Source: an uncultured Acidobacteriota bacterium
GTDB lineage: Bacteria > Acidobacteriota > Thermoanaerobaculia > Multivoradales > JAHEKO01
Assembly (NCBI GenBank): GCA_963713825.1
Contig: CAVQNG010000001.1
Span: 64,001 to 128,000 of the forward strand
Length of the DNA stretch: 64,000 nucleotides
Reading direction: 5' to 3'
In this document: piece after piece, positions 58,833 to 64,000 of the stretch
Numbering within the stretch: the stretch's first letter is position 1
Layout: each line of letters starts with the position of its first letter
Made by a program: the position numbers and the translations under genes
Notes under the pieces: generated by a model
Seen by the model: only the letters and a program-made list of their open reading frames with translations
Databases searched by the model: none
What the model was told of the DNA's origin: nothing

Positions 58833-60323
58833 TCAGGGCACGGTGGCGGTCCAGGCAGACGTGCCGCCCGACTCGAACCCGTCGCTGAACATGCTCGTGC
58901 CGACCAGGATGCCGACCTGGAATCCTGTCGCCGTCTGGCTTTCGACCTCGATGGCGATCTCGGCGGCTGGATCTACGAACAGCTCTCCCACCCTCCACAT
59001 GACGCCTTCAGTGCTGGCATAGTCCGCTGGAGGATCATCTTCATCTACCACCCAGGCCGGCTCCGACCGCCCGGTGTTGACCTCGTGGATGATGACCATC
59101 CGGTCGCCAGCGCCCGAGCCCGGAATCTCGGCCTCGTAGTTGCCGACAGCTTCCCGCACCTCCACTGTGTAGTAGTGGCTGTTGCTGCCGTTGATGGGAA
59201 TCTTGGCCGTTCGATAGGTGGCTGTCGTGGCGCTACCCAGCGGATCGATGGTCACCCTGAAGAAGCCCTCGCCGGGCACCACGTACTTCTCGCTTTCCTC
59301 CAGCCAGCCGAGCCGGTCCTTGTGGTAAGAGGTCACGTGCTTGCCGAGGTTGCCGTAGACGGGGTCGTCCACGGCATAGCCGGTGGCCGAGCTCATGACG
59401 TCCCAGGGACTGTCGTAAGGGTTCGAGTCGCCATCCGAGTTGTTGGCGTGCGGCAAGCCGAAGCCGTGTCCCATCTCATGGGCGATGACGCCTTCCTGTG
59501 CGAACGCCCAGGGCGGATCCCAGGTCGTCCGCCAGCTCTTGCTGACGCCGTCCAGGGTGGCATAGCGGCCACCGCCCCAGGCACAGCAGTCGAGTCGGTC
59601 GTTGAACATGAGATTGATGCCCTCGAAGCCCCCACTGCCGCCCAGCGAGAAGTCGATGAACGGGTCTGCCGCGGCAGTGCAGTCGTTGAAGAGCTGGCTC
59701 AGGTTGGCGCCGGTGCCGCTTCCCGGGGTCGGAACATAGAAAGTGTGCGTGTTGGGTAGGTTCTTCCAGTTCACCGCCGTACTGCCGACGATATCGATGG
59801 CGTCGTAGGAGACTTCCCTCCAGTAGTGGTCGAGGCGTCCCGGCGCATTGGCATACATGCCCTGGAAGTAGCTCAGGTTTTCGGGCTCCGCCCCCTTGTC
59901 CGAGAACTTGCAGGCCAGAGTCACCCATGGCTTGGATCCCAGAACCGCTTCTGTGGAGCTCGACTCGAGGCCTCTTGGTGAAGGCAGAATGCGCAAATTC
60001 GTGGCGCGACGTCGGCCAGATCGAGGATTGCCGTCCTCGACAGTGACCTCTACAAACCGACGGTTGATGGCCATGACTCCTCCGGCCTCGGTCAGAGTGG
60101 TGCCGTCGATCACGACTTCGGAGACTTGGCCGCTCGCATCCGCAAGGAAGAACTTGAGGTGCGCAGGACCATGAATATCTGGCCCAGGATCGCCCCAGAC
60201 AACGTCGAGCCTGCCGGTCAGTGTCGCGGCCGAGAGTGGCACGGACACAACAGTAGCCAGCACGACGAAGCAGACCAGAAACGCCGCGTCGAAGGCTGTC
60301 GAAGAACGAGAGACTCTGGACAT
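58833..60323 (-). CDS. Secreted metzincin peptidase (M6/M11-like) with GFESG tail
   Basis: YWREVSY, HEMGHGFGLPH, WDVMS Met-turn, YHKDRLGW. Confidence 0.85.
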   Translation of the reverse strand: MSRVSRSSTAFDAAFLVCFVVLATVVSVPLSAATLTGRLDVVWGDPGPDIHGPAHLKFFLADASGQVSEVVIDGTTLTEAGGVMAINRRFVEVTVEDGNPRSGRRRATNLRILPSPRGLESSSTEAVLGSKPWVTLACKFSDKGAEPENLSYFQGMYANAPGRLDHYWREVSYDAIDIVGSTAVNWKNLPNTHTFYVPTPGSGTGANLSQLFNDCTAAADPFIDFSLGGSGGFEGINLMFNDRLDCCAWGGGRYATLDGVSKSWRTTWDPPWAFAQEGVIAHEMGHGFGLPHANNSDGDSNPYDSPWDVMSSATGYAVDDPVYGNLGKHVTSYHKDRLGWLEESEKYVVPGEGFFRVTIDPLGSATTATYRTAKIPINGSNSHYYTVEVREAVGNYEAEIPGSGAGDRMVIIHEVNTGRSEPAWVVDEDDPPADYASTEGVMWRVGELFVDPAAEIAIEVESQTATGFQVGILVGTSMFSDGFESGGTSAWTATVP

Positions 60324-60532
60324 AGGTACCTCCCTGTGGCTTCCTGCTGGAGATTGAGTTGGCCTCTCCAGTCGGAGATCACTGGACCTCGATCCAGAAT
60401 AGCGAGGCAAGTGAAACGCCACTGTGACAGGCTTCACTCTCGTCGTGGTCGGTATTCAAGCGTTTCGGGTGGTTGGTTTTCTCGAGGGGCGGCAATTGGT
60501 ATTGTGTCCCTCTCAATCTGGGGGACACAAAC

Positions 60533-61765
60533 ATGAAATACGGGAACTACTTCTTCGCTTTGCTCTTGATTTCGGCCCTGGGCCTACTGTCTTGCTCGGG
60601 TTCGACCGATGACGCGTCTTCGGAGGGTGGCGGGTCTGTGGCAGCATCGGGCCACCATCCCGTCGTCGTGCTGCTGTTCGATGGTGTCCGAGTCGATCAC
60701 CTCGGGAGCTACGGCGCGGCAAGTAGCTCGACGCCGAGTCTGGACTCCTTCGCAGGCGACGCGATCCGATTCGACTGGGCCTTCGCGCAAGCCTCGGACG
60801 CGACAGCCTCGATGGCGTCATTGCTGACGGGCCTCTATCCCACCACCCATGGGCTGGTCGAATCCGGCGATCGACTGGTCGATGAGGCCGGTACCCTGTC
60901 GGAAGCCCTGGCTGCGACGGGACTGACGACGGCTGCCTTCTTGAGCAGCGGAGAGCTCTTTGAGGGTCTCGGATTGGACCAGGGATTCGAGGTCTTCGAG
61001 ACGGGTCCCCAGGCTCTCGATGGGGCGCTGGCCTGGGTCGGCCAGAATGCCGGCTCGGACTTCTTCCTGGTCGTCGAGGTGGGCTCAGTGTCTGCCGCTG
61101 CGGTGAATGCTGACGATGCCGCCGCGACCTACTCGGCGCAGGTCGAAGCCCTCGACGGGGCGGTAGGTCGGGTCCTCGAGGCCCTCGATGCTGCTGGACT
61201 GGGTGACAAGGCGACCGTCGCGGCGGTCTCTCTGTCCGGTTTCGAGCTGGGCGAGCACGGGGCTGTCGGGCAGCCATCCATGTACTCTCCTGAGACGCAT
61301 GTTCCGATGTTCCTGAAAAGCGCCCAACTCCCCAAAGGTCGGTCGATCGACAAGATCGTGGAGGTGATCGATCTCGGACCGACGCTGATTGCGTTGCAGG
61401 GTGAGGAGCCGCCGGTGGACTTCCAAGGTCGAAGCCTCGTTTCCTTGATCGAGGGAGCCGGAACGCCGCCCTACGTGGCCTTCGGAGAGTCGGCCGATGA
61501 GGCAGAGTACTTTGCTGCCCTTGGAGGGTACCGGTTGGTCCAGCCCGGGGCAGAGGCCCCCAGCGAGCTCTACGACTTGACGAGCGACCCTGCAGAGCAA
61601 ACGGACATCGCCGCCAATGAAGAAAACCGGGTCACCGTTCTGGAGGATCACCTCGGTGCGTGGAAGAAGATGGTCTCAGCCGCTTCTCTCGACCCCGATC
61701 GGCGAACCGAAGAGCTCGACGACGAGGCGCTCGAGCAGCTCAAGAGCCTCGGCTATATCCAGTAG
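60533..61765 (+). CDS. Sulfatase-fold lipoprotein with degenerate active site
   Basis: Lipobox LLSC; DGVRVDHLG, SLLTGLYP, ELYDL..DPAE, LKSLGYI. Confidence 0.8.
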   Translation: MKYGNYFFALLLISALGLLSCSGSTDDASSEGGGSVAASGHHPVVVLLFDGVRVDHLGSYGAASSSTPSLDSFAGDAIRFDWAFAQASDATASMASLLTGLYPTTHGLVESGDRLVDEAGTLSEALAATGLTTAAFLSSGELFEGLGLDQGFEVFETGPQALDGALAWVGQNAGSDFFLVVEVGSVSAAAVNADDAAATYSAQVEALDGAVGRVLEALDAAGLGDKATVAAVSLSGFELGEHGAVGQPSMYSPETHVPMFLKSAQLPKGRSIDKIVEVIDLGPTLIALQGEEPPVDFQGRSLVSLIEGAGTPPYVAFGESADEAEYFAALGGYRLVQPGAEAPSELYDLTSDPAEQTDIAANEENRVTVLEDHLGAWKKMVSAASLDPDRRTEELDDEALEQLKSLGYIQ

Positions 61766-61824
61766 CCCAGCACCGCTTCTGGGCTGAGCTCTGGATGGTT
61801 TGGGCTGTCCCCGGGGCCTGAGGA

Positions 61825-63843
61825 TCAGCTCCGATAGATCGAGCTTCCAACCATTTGCTCGGGCTTCTCGATACCAAAGAACTCGAGAATGCTCACCGGT
61901 AGGTCGAGGATCGAAGGAGTGGCTTTGCTGACCCTGTGGCTCGAGAACAGGCTGCCAGGAACCAGATCGCGGGCCATCGAATGGTCACCACTCCAGGCCC
62001 AGGGGTTGAGGTCGATCGTCGTGGGACCCGTAGCGCCCAGCACCGAGGGTGACGAGTTGCGGTAACCGGGCGTGTATCCAACCAGCAGCTCCGGCATCAT
62101 CGGAGTGGCCTCTCCAACGTACATACCGTCTCGTGGGTAGACCTTGGCGACAGGCCGCTCTCCCGTCTCGGGGTCGGTTATGGACTGCAGCTCGCGGCTG
62201 ATACGGGCCGTGATCTCTCCCGCCTTGGCAGCCTCGACAATGCCCTGTCCCTCACGGTTCTTCAAGTTGAGGTAGAGACCGTTGAAGCCGACGCCGTAGG
62301 CCACGGTCTGCGCCCAGTCGATGTCGGTGATGGCCGTCTCCACCTTCTTGGCAGCTTCGGACTTGAGGGTCAGATAGCCGTTATCGCGCAGCCAGGTGTT
62401 GAGATGGAACTGGCGACCGAATTGGGCGAACCCGTGGTCGGAGCAGATGAGTACGAGGGTCTGGTCGTCGATGGCGGGGAGGACCTCGCCGACGATCTCG
62501 TCCATCCGTTCATAGAGATAGGGAATCCAGGAGCCGAATCGGGCGTCGGATTCGGCGTGCTTGGGATGGGAGGCGTCCATGTTGCGCCACAGCATGTGGG
62601 CGTCCTGGTCGGTAGACGAGACGTAGAAGTAGAAGAGTCCGTCCGAGAACCGGGACCACTGGTGATGAAACAGGGCGAGGCGCTCCTCCAGGATGAGCTC
62701 GGCCTGCTTGACGTATTCCTCGTCATTCAGGATCCGGTAGTCGAAGGCCTTGGTGTCGCAGGGCAGACCCTTGGTCCAGAACGAACCGATGTCCCGGGCG
62801 ATCTCGGCGCCAAATTCCTGGGGATAGGTCACCGGCGCAGCCTGATTTGCGGGGTCGATGTTGATCGGCGTGGCGTAGAGCTGGAAGTGGGGCCGCAGCT
62901 GCTTGACGAGGAAGCGGACGATCCCGCTCGCCGACCCGAGCACGGGAAGGAGATCGAACTGCACCGGGACCCAGGGTGAGTATTCGCCCACATTGAGAAC
63001 CAGCGTCTCGCCCTGGAGGTCGATCCGAACGGCATCCTCTTTGGGGTCCAGGTAGACCTCGAACGGGGCCTTGACGTTGTCTGCGAAGGGTTCGTTCGAG
63101 CCGGATGGAGAGACGAGAGAGTTGACGGGGCCCAGCAGGTTGGCCCGGACGACGTTCTGGTTGACATCGACGTACTGCACCGTGCCACCGGAGATATCCG
63201 GGTAGTGTTCGAACGGATCGGAGGTCCAATAGCTGAAAGAGCCATAGGAATCGATCAGATCGGGCGTGCCCATCCCCGCGATTCCCTTGGTCGCCGTCTC
63301 GTCGATCGGGAAGTTGGTCGGGATCTTCGAGATCCAGGCTGGGATGCCCTGTTCCGTGAGGTACGCCCAGAAGGGCTTGCCATTGCGCAGATTGACCGGA
63401 CCACCCCCTTTGATCGGCAGATGAACATCGCCGAAGCTGATGGTCAGGTCTGGGGCGGTGTTCTCGTAGATGGAGAAGATGGGCATATAGGTCTTGGGAT
63501 CACGGGCAATGAAATCGGCGATACCGTGACCTCCAGGAGTCATGCCGGTGATGAAGCTCGACCAGGCCACCGGGCTCAGAGCCGGCATGGTCGTGGCCAA
63601 AGGCAGAAATGAGCCCATCTCGGCCAGTTTCTTGAAGTTCGGAGCCCGGCCGGTGTCCATCAACCCCTTGATGATGGTCGGATCCAGTCCGTCGAAACCG
63701 AGAACGATCGCCTTGCGACCGTTGGCGCTGCTGCGGCCGCAAGAGGTGAGGAGAGGGAAACTGGCGCCGGCAGCTCCACCAGCCATGAGCTGTAGGAACC
63801 GGCGGCGGTCGATAGCTGAAAGAAGGCGTGGGTCGTCGGACAT
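61825..63843 (-). CDS. Alkaline-phosphatase superfamily (nucleotide pyrophosphatase/phosphodiesterase-like) Tat lipoprotein
   Basis: DRRRFL; GFDGLDP, SPVAWSSFITG, SDHGF, WSGDH. Confidence 0.88.
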   Translation of the reverse strand: MSDDPRLLSAIDRRRFLQLMAGGAAGASFPLLTSCGRSSANGRKAIVLGFDGLDPTIIKGLMDTGRAPNFKKLAEMGSFLPLATTMPALSPVAWSSFITGMTPGGHGIADFIARDPKTYMPIFSIYENTAPDLTISFGDVHLPIKGGGPVNLRNGKPFWAYLTEQGIPAWISKIPTNFPIDETATKGIAGMGTPDLIDSYGSFSYWTSDPFEHYPDISGGTVQYVDVNQNVVRANLLGPVNSLVSPSGSNEPFADNVKAPFEVYLDPKEDAVRIDLQGETLVLNVGEYSPWVPVQFDLLPVLGSASGIVRFLVKQLRPHFQLYATPINIDPANQAAPVTYPQEFGAEIARDIGSFWTKGLPCDTKAFDYRILNDEEYVKQAELILEERLALFHHQWSRFSDGLFYFYVSSTDQDAHMLWRNMDASHPKHAESDARFGSWIPYLYERMDEIVGEVLPAIDDQTLVLICSDHGFAQFGRQFHLNTWLRDNGYLTLKSEAAKKVETAITDIDWAQTVAYGVGFNGLYLNLKNREGQGIVEAAKAGEITARISRELQSITDPETGERPVAKVYPRDGMYVGEATPMMPELLVGYTPGYRNSSPSVLGATGPTTIDLNPWAWSGDHSMARDLVPGSLFSSHRVSKATPSILDLPVSILEFFGIEKPEQMVGSSIYRS

Positions 63844-64000
63844 GCTGGCTCCTCTGACTCTGAAACAGCGTCGAGTCTCTTCTTCTGGAAGTCTAGCTCT
63901 GCTCGAGATGATTGAACAGACCACCGTTGACCTGATCTGCGGCCTGGCAGGCTGGTGGTTGTGACAGCCTCGGGAGACAGGCCAACGGCAATTCCGTGAC

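Overview
GC-rich bacterial chromosomal window. The gene content (Acidobacterial-type VWA proteins, Ser/Thr kinase-TPR, DUF1800/DUF1501, many exported hydrolases) suggests Acidobacteriota, possibly Thermoanaerobaculia; this is inference. The first ~14 kb is an accessory region. It has a plasmid-type repA next to a 3' half of tRNA-Leu(TAA) with identical 19-bp repeats on both sides (att-junction-like), three intact toxin-antitoxin pairs plus a higA remnant, an exported amidohydrolase/porin/regulator cluster, and a second diverged copy of the repA-arm end at 12.7-12.97 kb. The rest is mostly metabolic and secreted-protein genes, with two c-di-GMP-I riboswitch-like elements (one truncated), a decayed ilvE-leuB segment, and a three-gene RHH module behind an 8-bp-periodic AT-rich array. 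The strongest unexplained signal is that five unrelated exported proteins end in the same ~19-aa tail, [IM][FL]x[DS]GFE[SW]G[DG]xxxW[ST]xxx[PQ], which looks like a C-terminal sorting or anchoring tag. No CRISPR array, rRNA, intact tRNA or integrase was seen. Family assignments come from motif recognition by eye, not database searches.
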